Shown: in pieces, positions 26,421 through 34,606 of the stretch | How positions within the stretch are numbered: the stretch's first letter is position 1 | How the letters are laid out: each line of letters starts with the position of its first letter | IMG/VR virus record: IMGVR_UViG_3300016667_000302 | Span: 1-37,867 of that record | DNA from: a virus | Taxonomy: Duplodnaviria; Caudoviricetes | Direction: 5' to 3' (one strand) | DNA: 37,867 nt | The notes under the pieces: model-generated | Database searches by the model: none | Seen by the model: only the letters and a program-made list of their open reading frames with translations | What the model was told of the DNA's origin: nothing | Position numbers and translations under genes: made by a program

Positions 26421-27461
26421 TTAGATGCCTATCGTTTTGAACAACTCTGCGAGGTTGTCCGTGCTGGGATTCCTTCTGAACTCTGATTTGGCTTTGTCTG
26501 CTGTAGAACGCTTGGGATCAACTGCAACAGGTGCAGAAGACCTAGGTACTGCTGGCGCTTTCTTGACCACAGGAGCGGCAGGCTTTTGGGCAGCCTTTTG
26601 ACGGGTCGCCTTGGTTGCCACACCTTCAACAAGAAGTGCTGCAATGTACTTCCATTCAGGCTTACGCTTGATCTCGGGGAAGTCCTTCAAGAACTGCTGC
26701 GCGATTGCATATTCAGGCGTGTCAGGCTTCTTCCACCATGGATATTCCTTAACAACGTCCTGCTCAACCGCACTCTCAGCCTCAAGATACCTCTTCCGCT
26801 CAGGAAGGTAGATGTCCTTCAACTCAATGGCTTTAAGGCGAGCAACCTTGATCTCCTCAGCGGAAATCTCACGCTCAGACCCATCATCCATCTTGAAGAC
26901 ACCACCTTCTGGGTTCTGCTCAGTCACAAGGATAACCCTAATGGCTTCCTTCATCTGCCGATCAACTTCATCAACAGACTTCAATGACTCAGCAAAACGA
27001 TCAGATCCCAGCGAAGACTGATGCTGCCTTGGCTCAGGTTTGTTTTCATTCCTTGTAGCTTCAAGTTCACTCTCAAGGGCTTTCACCTTCTCAAGAGCGG
27101 CTTTTGCTTCAGCCTCGGCAGCCTTACGCTTCTCAGACAGCTTGGAGATTCGCTTCTTTAGACCTTTGGGAAGTTCTTTGGAGTCCTCTTCATGGTCCTC
27201 CTCCTCCTTCTCTTCAGGCTCAGGTTGCGTTTCTTCAGCCTCTTCAGGTTCAGTAGTTTCCTCTGAAACAACCTCCGGTGCATCAGATTCATCCTGAGTG
27301 GATTCCTCCTCTTGCACCTCTGGCTCCTCGGTGGAAGCCTTCTGCTCCTCCCCTGAGAGGAACTTGTCAGCAATGATGCTTGCCAACTTGCTTTGGTCTA
27401 GATGACCCAGGGCGTTCGATACTGCTGTTTCAGCCGCAGCAGGCTGTTCATTGTTAGGCAT
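26421..27461 (-). CDS. Capsid scaffolding protein
   Basis: Glu-rich N-terminus, KRISKL coiled coil, Pro/Ala/Lys-rich C-terminus, directly before the MCP. Confidence 0.8.
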   Translation of the reverse strand: MPNNEQPAAAETAVSNALGHLDQSKLASIIADKFLSGEEQKASTEEPEVQEEESTQDESDAPEVVSEETTEPEEAEETQPEPEEKEEEDHEEDSKELPKGLKKRISKLSEKRKAAEAEAKAALEKVKALESELEATRNENKPEPRQHQSSLGSDRFAESLKSVDEVDRQMKEAIRVILVTEQNPEGGVFKMDDGSEREISAEEIKVARLKAIELKDIYLPERKRYLEAESAVEQDVVKEYPWWKKPDTPEYAIAQQFLKDFPEIKRKPEWKYIAALLVEGVATKATRQKAAQKPAAPVVKKAPAVPRSSAPVAVDPKRSTADKAKSEFRRNPSTDNLAELFKTIGI

Positions 27462-27471
27462 GGGTTTTTAT

Positions 27472-27514
27472 GGTGCCCAAGGCACCGATACACGGCTTAA
27501 ACTCGCCGGGAGTT
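27472..27514 (-). promoter_or_regulatory. Candidate pseudoknot plus hairpin in the scaffold 5' leader
   Basis: AACTC-C-CGGC-GAGTT-TAA-GCCG (stem order 1,2,1',2'), then GGTGCC-TTG-GGCACC 10 nt before the ATG. Confidence 0.4.
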
Positions 27515-27546
27515 GATCAAGGAAAGCCACATCAATTTAGCGGTGT

Positions 27547-27789
27547 CTAGGACAAAGCCGCCTTACACTCATCACGAAGCCTTAAAAACTCCTTGGTTAC
27601 ATCCCTAACACCAGCAGCCCTGCCAGCATAGTATCCCCTCTGGTCAGGTGTAATGTCAGGATCAAGAGTGTATTCAACCTCTCGTTCTTCCAGAAGTTTT
27701 ACGGTTTCTAGAATAATTTTCCATAAAGGGTTGGTGTCGCAAGCAGCCAACGCCTTCACATCTTCTACCGATAGGTTGCCTTCAATCAT
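27547..27789 (-). CDS. Small protein between portal and scaffold
   Basis: 80 aa, RGYYAGRAAGV motif, position typical of podovirus head modules. Confidence 0.75.
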   Translation of the reverse strand: MIEGNLSVEDVKALAACDTNPLWKIILETVKLLEEREVEYTLDPDITPDQRGYYAGRAAGVRDVTKEFLRLRDECKAALS

Positions 27790-29930
27790 GCCTGACCCTG
27801 TTCAAGCTGAGGTTGCTGGAGCTGAGGCGCAATAGGTGCAACACCCATCCTGCCAATGCTGGCATTCTGGTCCTGCATGATGCTCATCTGGAGGTTTTTA
27901 ACGTAGTTCTGGAACAATGCCTGGAACAATTGGTCCTGCTGCAACGCAGCCTGAGCCTTGGGATTCTTGCCCATAACGTCCTGAACCATCTGCATCTTCG
28001 CCTTAGCAGCAGGATCGTTCTCGGTGTAGAGTGCTTCACTACCAAGCATCATCAGGCCAATGTCGCTCTGAATCTGCCGGTACATCTGCTCAGAAGCCTG
28101 ACCTTGGTCGAGAATCAACTCAGAAGCAGACTCAGGCACGATGGCGTTGAGGAACATCTGGACCAACTTGTTTCGATCAATCACCCCACCTGCATCAAGC
28201 GGAACGACGAACTTCTGGATGCTTGCCAGCTTCTCGGCAACGTAGTTGGTGTCCAACTCACGCACATCAAACTTCACTGACACATCAAAAGACCCGGCAA
28301 CATCTGTAAGGTTCTGAGCCAGAGGCACTCCCGTAATCCTCTCAATCTCTTCAGGAGCCATGTACTGGAGGCACAAGGCCAACATCTGCTTGAACACCTG
28401 CTGCCAAGCACCAAGCCATGCATTAACACGCACCTGCTGGAGCATCTGTGACTTCACAGGAGGCACGTTGGGGTGGTTCAGGCCAAAGTATGAGGCAACA
28501 TTCGTCTCGATCCGCTCAAGCAGCGAGAAGGCTGTTTGCGGCGCCCTAGAGGGCGGGTCCATGAAGGTGTAATCGTCAGGACGAGTGACAGGCAGGGGCA
28601 CTCCAGGCCCAATCTTGGTGGGTTGCCCGATACGTTTGACAACCTTGATGGGTGGAAGCGTCTCGAATGCCGTCCGGTCACGAAGGGAGTCATGCTGCGC
28701 CTTCATTTCGTCCTGATCGGTCGTCACCAACTCAGGAACCCCACGGGAATCAGTTACAGCACGCTTGGTTCTCTCAAGTCGGAACTCAACGAATGGGTAA
28801 TCCCCGTGTGCATAGTCCAAAAGTTCATGCTTTGCGAACTTGGCAGCGTCTCTAGCCGTTGCAGCAGTGCTTGGGCAGAACACTGAGTAATAAATCGCAG
28901 GTTTACCCTCATCAATCGTGCGATAATAGGCGTAGACCACCTCAATCAAGTTCTTCCGGTCGATGGACTTGTATGCAACCAACGTGGAAGCCGTCTCGTA
29001 GTCAACCATGTTGGCAGACATCTGCCAGCCACCGGCTTTAACCACATTCTCAACCCAATCTTCGTCCCAATCGTCAGTGATAACCTTTTCACGAAGCTCA
29101 ACTTCAGTGTGCCAGCACCTACGGAAGATCACTCGGGCCGATTGCAGGTCAACTGTCTCAGGCGGAAGGGCAATTTCGTCGTATGGCTTGAGCGCAAGAA
29201 CCATTGGGAGGTTCTTTGAGACGTATTGCTGCTCCCAGTCGCCTCCCCCTTCTTTGCGAAGGTCACGAACAAGCTCTTTTGCCTCCACCTTGTCGATGGG
29301 AAGCAGCCCCATGAACAGTTCAGCCGCCTGATCCTCGGCTTCTGGGTTGGCTACAAGCTCAGGGAGCGCGGCAAGAGGGCTTGCTGGGTCCAACTGCTGG
29401 GCGTTTGCCAGCATTTCATCGAACTTGATGATCTGTTTACGGGTGGAAACCCTCTGCTCCCAGCCTGTGAAGAAGACTGTCCAGCCATACTGGGTGGCAT
29501 ACTGCGCTCCAAGTTCAGCTTCCCTCGCCAAATCGCTCGCCAGCTTGTTCTCCTTGACCCATTTCAGCAGGGTTGTGGTGGCCTGAGCCATCGGCAGGTC
29601 GTTAAACTCAGTTGCGTTGCCCCTGATGTCTGCCCGGTTGAATGCTGAAAGCAGTAGGGCTGAGATTTCGTTACAGACTGAGTCTGCCAGACGGCACCTT
29701 ACGTCACTTGCCCCCTCAAAAGGCCATGCAGGCTCACCATTTGAACGGTATTCACTGTGCTTTTTGCCGTCATCAGTCTGCCCCTGCCACCTAGCATAGC
29801 GGATGTCATCCAACCCATTGATCCTGGCCCCATCCAGACCCTGCCATGATGCCCTTTTCCATTCGTCCATGAGGACTTCTAGAGAAGGCTTGTCTGCTGC
29901 TTCCGCGATAGGGTCTTGAAAGTTGTCCAT
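27786..29930 (-). CDS. Portal protein
   Basis: 714 aa after TerL, WPFEGASD, SRGVPEL, Gln-rich C-terminal barrel region. Confidence 0.88.
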   Translation of the reverse strand: MDNFQDPIAEAADKPSLEVLMDEWKRASWQGLDGARINGLDDIRYARWQGQTDDGKKHSEYRSNGEPAWPFEGASDVRCRLADSVCNEISALLLSAFNRADIRGNATEFNDLPMAQATTTLLKWVKENKLASDLAREAELGAQYATQYGWTVFFTGWEQRVSTRKQIIKFDEMLANAQQLDPASPLAALPELVANPEAEDQAAELFMGLLPIDKVEAKELVRDLRKEGGGDWEQQYVSKNLPMVLALKPYDEIALPPETVDLQSARVIFRRCWHTEVELREKVITDDWDEDWVENVVKAGGWQMSANMVDYETASTLVAYKSIDRKNLIEVVYAYYRTIDEGKPAIYYSVFCPSTAATARDAAKFAKHELLDYAHGDYPFVEFRLERTKRAVTDSRGVPELVTTDQDEMKAQHDSLRDRTAFETLPPIKVVKRIGQPTKIGPGVPLPVTRPDDYTFMDPPSRAPQTAFSLLERIETNVASYFGLNHPNVPPVKSQMLQQVRVNAWLGAWQQVFKQMLALCLQYMAPEEIERITGVPLAQNLTDVAGSFDVSVKFDVRELDTNYVAEKLASIQKFVVPLDAGGVIDRNKLVQMFLNAIVPESASELILDQGQASEQMYRQIQSDIGLMMLGSEALYTENDPAAKAKMQMVQDVMGKNPKAQAALQQDQLFQALFQNYVKNLQMSIMQDQNASIGRMGVAPIAPQLQQPQLEQGQA

Positions 29931-29939
29931 AAAGTAGGG

Positions 29940-31649
29940 TCAGTAGGAGCCAATGACCCCGGAATCTCGCCAGACCATGTTCTTGGCCTCAACGAACTCA
30001 GGATTCATCACTGTCAGATAGCCCAAACAGTCGATAGGGTCTTTGCTTGCTCCCTTTTGACCATCAGCCCCAGTCCACTCTCTTAACGAGTAAATAAGGT
30101 TCTGGCAACGCTCAGAGACAAACAACCTAGGTGAATTGTCCTCAGAGATCTCCTCATCCTTATTGTAGGAAAGAAGGTCATTAATGAGCAGGACACGCTC
30201 ATCAACGGTCACTGTGGCTGCCGGAGTGAATGACAAGCCAGACTCCTCAAGCAGATCTAGAAGCGTTACACCGCCTTCCTTGGAGGCTGTAGGGGTGCCT
30301 GCTGCTTTAGGGTCAATGAACCTCTCTTGGATCTCCTCGTCACCCTCCAGATCCATGATCATCTGGCAGTACTCCTGAATCCCTTTGCCAGCTCCAGCCC
30401 TCTGTGCTGGTCCCGGCTTCCCATCTGGACGGTCACAAGGTAACGCCCATTCACCATAGGTTTCGTCAGGAAACTCACGGTAGATGTATAGCCTGCCTTG
30501 CGTGTCTACCCGACACCACAGCATGAACCAGTTTCTGGCCCCAGCAGGGTCGATGACCATGTAGTTTGTCCCTTGAGCCGGTATCTTGTCGTGAGGAACA
30601 ACTGAATGCTCTCCAAAGTTGGGAAACTGGCTTCCAGCAGTGCTTTCTGCCCAGCCATAGGCACGGATCTTTACATCGTAACTGGATCGACCCCTAAGGG
30701 TCTTTTGCATCTGGTCCCAGCTAGAGTAAGGATTCAACTGGGTGTGAAACCAGATCACTCCAGCCCTGCCCTGCCTTGCCTCAGCCTTAAATGGCATCGT
30801 CCCTTCTGGACATCCAGCTACGTTCTTCCCAAGCAGCAATGGACTAGGCTTTGTCTCTGTGATCTTCACCCCGGCCAGATATTCCTTCACCACAAGGGTG
30901 TACCCAAGAATGGGAGTGAACGTCAGGATCAGCTTGCCCTGTTTTGTAATCAGTCGGTAACGAATCGTCTCCAGCCAGTCGTGTGGAACCAACTCATCAC
31001 ACCAGATTAGATCAGGCTCTCCACCCTCAATGACCTGCTTGTCCTGAGCATAGTTCAGGAACCAAATCTGGTTTGTGTTGTATACAGCAGTGTTATCGGA
31101 AAACCCGTTCTTCTGGGTGTAAGACAGGTTGGTGAACTTGCTCTTCCTAGCGTTACGAAGCTCTTTGGGAAGGTACTTGTAGACCACCTGCTGCTGGAAT
31201 GCGATGGAGCTTTGGTTGGTCGTGTGCAGGCACCAGATCTTCAGCCCACGCTTCTGGCATCTGTCCTTCATCCACTGTGGCCAAGGGAACTCACCCCTCT
31301 CAACACCAACAAGCATCTGTGCAGCCCTTCTAGCAGCCCATTCAGTCTTCCCTGCCCGGTTGCCTCCAAGCACCAGAACCTCGTCAGTTTCGTTCAGGAT
31401 GGCATCTGCTGTCTTCCAGTGCTTAGGCTCGATGGCGTAGCGGAAGGGGTCGTCTTGCTCCATCCAGACCCGTGTGTCACGAGTAAGAAGCCACTTACCT
31501 ACAGCAGCAACACCAAGCTTCTCTACACAGTCACGAAGGTAAGCCTCGTCAGGATTAGGGATGACAGGGTGACGGATGTACTTGTAATCAAGAATCCGTT
31601 CCAGCGTCCAATCACCCCCATCGGGATGATGATCAAGGGAGGCAAACAT
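29940..31649 (-). CDS. terL: Terminase large subunit
   Basis: Walker A GGNRAGKT, Walker B LIWCDE, coupling motif TFTP, nuclease VIDPAG and KDPIDCLGY. Confidence 0.95.
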   Translation of the reverse strand: MFASLDHHPDGGDWTLERILDYKYIRHPVIPNPDEAYLRDCVEKLGVAAVGKWLLTRDTRVWMEQDDPFRYAIEPKHWKTADAILNETDEVLVLGGNRAGKTEWAARRAAQMLVGVERGEFPWPQWMKDRCQKRGLKIWCLHTTNQSSIAFQQQVVYKYLPKELRNARKSKFTNLSYTQKNGFSDNTAVYNTNQIWFLNYAQDKQVIEGGEPDLIWCDELVPHDWLETIRYRLITKQGKLILTFTPILGYTLVVKEYLAGVKITETKPSPLLLGKNVAGCPEGTMPFKAEARQGRAGVIWFHTQLNPYSSWDQMQKTLRGRSSYDVKIRAYGWAESTAGSQFPNFGEHSVVPHDKIPAQGTNYMVIDPAGARNWFMLWCRVDTQGRLYIYREFPDETYGEWALPCDRPDGKPGPAQRAGAGKGIQEYCQMIMDLEGDEEIQERFIDPKAAGTPTASKEGGVTLLDLLEESGLSFTPAATVTVDERVLLINDLLSYNKDEEISEDNSPRLFVSERCQNLIYSLREWTGADGQKGASKDPIDCLGYLTVMNPEFVEAKNMVWRDSGVIGSY

Positions 31650-31739
31650 TCAGCACTTAAACCATCCAGCCTTCCAGATCCATGCCACAAGGATCAGCCA
31701 AGCCACAAAGACAGCAAGCATGGTGTGTTCAGCACTCAT
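31650..31739 (-). CDS. Putative 29-aa membrane peptide
   Basis: MSAEHTMLAVFVAWLILVAWIWKAGWFKC. Its stop abuts the TerL ATG. Confidence 0.5.
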   Translation of the reverse strand: MSAEHTMLAVFVAWLILVAWIWKAGWFKC

Positions 31740-31797
31740 CAGGAAGAAACAGGCTGATGACCGAAAGGATGACAATGACAATGCAGAAAAGCTTCAT
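31729..31797 (-). CDS. Putative 22-aa membrane peptide
   Basis: MKLFCIVIVILSVISLFLPDEC, ATGA overlap with the upstream stop. Confidence 0.45.
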   Translation of the reverse strand: MKLFCIVIVILSVISLFLPDEC

Positions 31798-32330
31798 CGA
31801 AGCACCCTAACAATGATTCCATCCTTAACCAAGACCCTTTGACCATGGCGACAAGAATCAACCTTCCTGCGAACCAAGTCACATTCCCCACGATCATTCC
31901 TAACGTAGCAAAGCCTCTGGTTCTGCAATGCGATTGGAAGCACAACCCCCTCAAAGTAGACCGGCAGATCCATTGCAATTGCCTCGCCCAGCACCCCATG
32001 CGCCAGCCCCAGCTTGCTCTCAATGAAATGGAAGTCGTCGTCATCCATGTAATCCCCAAGTTGCGGGAAAATGGCTGAGAACGTGCCTTCACTCACTCCA
32101 AGGCCAGACAGCACAGAAGCCCTATCGTTGGCCATATGGGTCATTCTCGGTTCATCTACCCATGCTTCTGGAGGCGAATCCGGTAGGACAACCTCATCAT
32201 CCGGCAATGAAACCACAGGCTCAACCTTGACCTTCGGCCCACGCTTTTTGCCAGCGTCACTCCTCTTACGACGACGACGAACCTTAGCTTTGCCAGCTTG
32301 TTTCAATGCCGCTCCCAGTCGGTCGCTCAT
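31794..32330 (-). CDS. Hypothetical protein with a very basic nucleic-acid-binding N-terminus
   Basis: VRRRRKRSDAGKKRGPK, followed by acidic and beta-rich regions. Confidence 0.7.
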   Translation of the reverse strand: MSDRLGAALKQAGKAKVRRRRKRSDAGKKRGPKVKVEPVVSLPDDEVVLPDSPPEAWVDEPRMTHMANDRASVLSGLGVSEGTFSAIFPQLGDYMDDDDFHFIESKLGLAHGVLGEAIAMDLPVYFEGVVLPIALQNQRLCYVRNDRGECDLVRRKVDSCRHGQRVLVKDGIIVRVLR

Positions 32331-32376
32331 GACCCGCACCTACTACAAATTCCATGCCAGTGGCAAGGAGAAAATG

Positions 32377-32475
32377 CGCCCTAGGTGGGGATCGAACCCA
32401 CGGCATTCGCTTTCATCCCAGCTTTTCGGTCCTTAACCATGAGGGAGCGATGGTCTACCACTGAACTACTAGGGC
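32377..32475 (-). ncRNA. tRNA-like RNA with a 34-nt loop replacing the 7-nt anticodon loop
   Basis: Acceptor GCCCTAG/CTAGGGC, U8-A9, D arm GTTC-AGTGGTA-GACC (1 mismatch), stem TCGCT/AGCGA, 5-nt variable loop, T arm GTGGG-TTCGATC-CCCAC, discriminator G, no encoded CCA. Confidence 0.85.
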
Positions 32476-32482
32476 AATGTCT

Positions 32483-33463
32483 CTACTTCAACGAATCGTA
32501 CTTCAAGTTGATGACCTTGAACGACCCTTTGGAATGCTTGATCACAACACCCTCAAAGTGGTGGCCAGATGGTCCCTTGTCCATCTCTTCGTACTTCTTG
32601 ATGAGTTCAGGAGTCAGCTCAACATCCCTTTCAATCACCTCAACGGTGGAATCCTCATCAATAACCTTCAGAAAGTAAAATTCACTCCCCTTCCGCTGAA
32701 TCTCAAGAGTCTCCAGGCTCAGCACATCATAGACCGAGAACCTAAGGCGATCCACCTGTGAGTGTGGGTTGTGCTTCGATGATTGAATCCCTTTGCCATG
32801 AAGCTCCCCACGAAGCGCAAAGTCGAACCCAAGAAGGTCACGAAGCATCGGCAACTTCTCATCAAACCCATACCCATTGAAGCATTTGGTGTACTTATTA
32901 TCGCAGGTCGTTCTCAACTCCTGCGTCCTAGAACACAACCCAACAACAGGCTCCCCGTCCACCTTCTTGCAGTAAACCGTCATGGATGAGCCGTCCACTT
33001 TGAGTGTGACATCCACCTTCTCTCCCCAAGGCAAATCCTTGATGTTCTGGTAACGCTCCTCGTCAGTCTTGAACATCCCGAATGGAAGTCCACCAATGGC
33101 CTGAAGGTCGTTGCCAACAGGAGACTCGTACTTCCGCACACCAATCAAAGCAGAAATCTCCTGCCCAAGCTCCACAAGATCAACCCAACCTTCTCCAAGA
33201 ACAACATCAGGCTTCACCGCAATCCCAAACGACCACACTCCACGCAGACTGATAGCCTTTACCCTCTCACCCCTCTTGAATGGCTTCGCCCATTCATCAT
33301 CAGGCAAAACAGTGTCAGGATGGATCAAAACCACAGGATCGCCCACAGAGTAGGAATCCCTAGTGACAATGCATTGATAGCCAGAGATCTTGATGACATC
33401 CAGCCGGTCAGCATCAGGGTGACGTTCAACAGAATCAACCAGTTCAAGTGTTGCGAGTTTCAT
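32483..33463 (-). CDS. ATP-dependent RNA ligase, Rnl5/DRB0094 type
   Basis: N-terminal OB module HPDADRL, motif I KVDGSS, III RGELHG, IIIa FSVYDV, IV FEGVVI, V FKVIN. Start refined to ATG 33463. Confidence 0.92.
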   Translation of the reverse strand: MKLATLELVDSVERHPDADRLDVIKISGYQCIVTRDSYSVGDPVVLIHPDTVLPDDEWAKPFKRGERVKAISLRGVWSFGIAVKPDVVLGEGWVDLVELGQEISALIGVRKYESPVGNDLQAIGGLPFGMFKTDEERYQNIKDLPWGEKVDVTLKVDGSSMTVYCKKVDGEPVVGLCSRTQELRTTCDNKYTKCFNGYGFDEKLPMLRDLLGFDFALRGELHGKGIQSSKHNPHSQVDRLRFSVYDVLSLETLEIQRKGSEFYFLKVIDEDSTVEVIERDVELTPELIKKYEEMDKGPSGHHFEGVVIKHSKGSFKVINLKYDSLK

Positions 33464-33520
33464 GTGTGGCGAGACAACTGGCAGACCAATCACACCCAAT
33501 CAAGCAGAAAACAACGTACA

Positions 33521-33590
33521 GGGCATTCTAGGCGATTCTAGCGGGGTCTAGCGGAAAATGGGTAGAAATTGGTAGAAATGGGTAGAAATC
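33521..33590. repeat. Seven degenerate 10-nt tandem units
   Basis: gggcattcta ggcgattcta gcggggtcta gcggaaaatg ggtagaaatt ggtagaaatg ggtagaaatc. Confidence 0.7.
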
Positions 33591-34074
33591 AGAATGGTGG
33601 AAGCATCCAGTCCACAATCTTCTTGAACGACTTCTTGTCCCTCCTTGGAACAGCAAACTGGAGCAGTAGGCAAACCTCAGGCTCTTCTCCAATCGGCTCA
33701 AGCCAGTGCGTGCGCCTAGGATCAACGACAAAGCAACTGCCAAGCTCAACATTGCACTCGTCAACCAAGCCCCTCCTGCCAACCTGCCCAAAGGTGTGGA
33801 AGCCAGTCAGGCAGTAATTCAAGAAGAGGAAGCAATGCCAGTATTCACGCTCAACATGGGGCCATGCATACTTCGCCCAAACAACATTAACCCCCACATC
33901 AACCCCAATGTCCTCCAGTAAAGCAGCCGAAACAGCACCATCAAAGCAGATCCCATCAAATCTACCGGGCTGGACCTGCTTCTCAATCGAAGCAATGTCG
34001 CTCCAAGAAAGGAAGTCTTCAGCCTTTAGACCAAGCTGGGAGACACCAAGATAGACTGGAACGTAACGGCTCAT
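33589..34074 (-). CDS. Cupin / 2OG-Fe(II) oxygenase-like protein
   Basis: WPHVE (HxE), LFLNYCLTG, GSCFVVDPRRTHWL (distal His). Spacing fits a double-stranded beta-helix facial triad. Confidence 0.55.
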   Translation of the reverse strand: MSRYVPVYLGVSQLGLKAEDFLSWSDIASIEKQVQPGRFDGICFDGAVSAALLEDIGVDVGVNVVWAKYAWPHVEREYWHCFLFLNYCLTGFHTFGQVGRRGLVDECNVELGSCFVVDPRRTHWLEPIGEEPEVCLLLQFAVPRRDKKSFKKIVDWMLPPF

Positions 34075-34113
34075 GCCAGCCAGACAGCATCAAACAGCGC
34101 AGATTGTCACGAC

Positions 34114-34162
34114 AAAAAAAGAACCCCACTCACCGAGGTTTTATCCGCGACAAGTGAGGCCC
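34114..34162 (-). terminator. Intrinsic terminator, G.U-rich long stem
   Basis: GGGCCTCACTTGTCG...CGGTGAGTGGGGTTC: 15 bp including 6 G.U pairs valid only on the minus strand, followed by T7. Confidence 0.7.
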
Positions 34163-34606
34163 AAAGAGAAGCGTGGTTGCTCTCTCTGGTACCAGTGAGT
34201 CACTCTCAGTGCAAGAGGAAAACGACAAAAAACGATAGCCTGCTCCAAAAAACGACCAGTAGACCACAGCAGACGAAGGAAAGGACGACACACAGGGCAG
34301 CCTAGGGGCAAGCAGAAGGAAGCAGGAGGAAGCCGAGATGGGGCTTTTAGGCAAAAATTGTGAGGCAGAAGACGCCGCCGGAAGCCCTTTTAGAGAAAAA
34401 TTGTGAAGGGTGAGACGCGTCAGCATTTTCCCTCGCGCCAAAATGGGCAACCCCCGCCCCCCCTTGTGGGCGTTTTGGCTCCTTTTGCTAGGCTGGAACG
34501 GCCCTTTTGTGACCTGGAACAGCCCCTTTTTCCCTTGGATGCCTGATAATAATACACCGCATAACTTCACACAATACACGTCATATGAAATGCGTATCTC
34601 TCTCCG
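34163..34606. repeat. Repeat-rich non-coding region downstream of TerS (candidate packaging/terminus or origin region)
   Basis: AAAACGA at 34219, 34229, 34249. AAAAATTGTGA at 34353, 34396. CTGGAAC at 34493, 34514. C-tract at 34451-34463. Confidence 0.55.

Noticed and set aside
25558-26424. Long plus-strand ORFs (288 aa here; also 11731..12510, 22177..22746, 36751..37395 and others)
   Set aside because: Antisense shadows of clearly identified minus-strand genes, with no motifs of their own.
32340-32376. Theta/HDV-like ribozyme in the tRNA 3' trailer
   Set aside because: Only a short TGCCA-C-TGGCA dyad is present, and the nested double-pseudoknot could not be fitted.
32377-32475. Ordinary functional tRNA, or tRNA with a group I / canonical BHB intron
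   Set aside because: There is no 7-nt loop with U33, the insert is only 27 nt, and positions 32-35 do not pair with the insert end as BHB requires.
33561-33590. AATTTCTAC resemblance to the Cas12a repeat; possible mini CRISPR array
   Set aside because: Units are 10 nt and directly adjacent with no spacers, the pairing GTAGA half is missing on the same strand, and there are no cas genes.
34130-34579. 149-aa minus-strand ORF in the gap after TerS
   Set aside because: Low-complexity translation of repeat and homopolymer sequence that ends inside a terminator stem.
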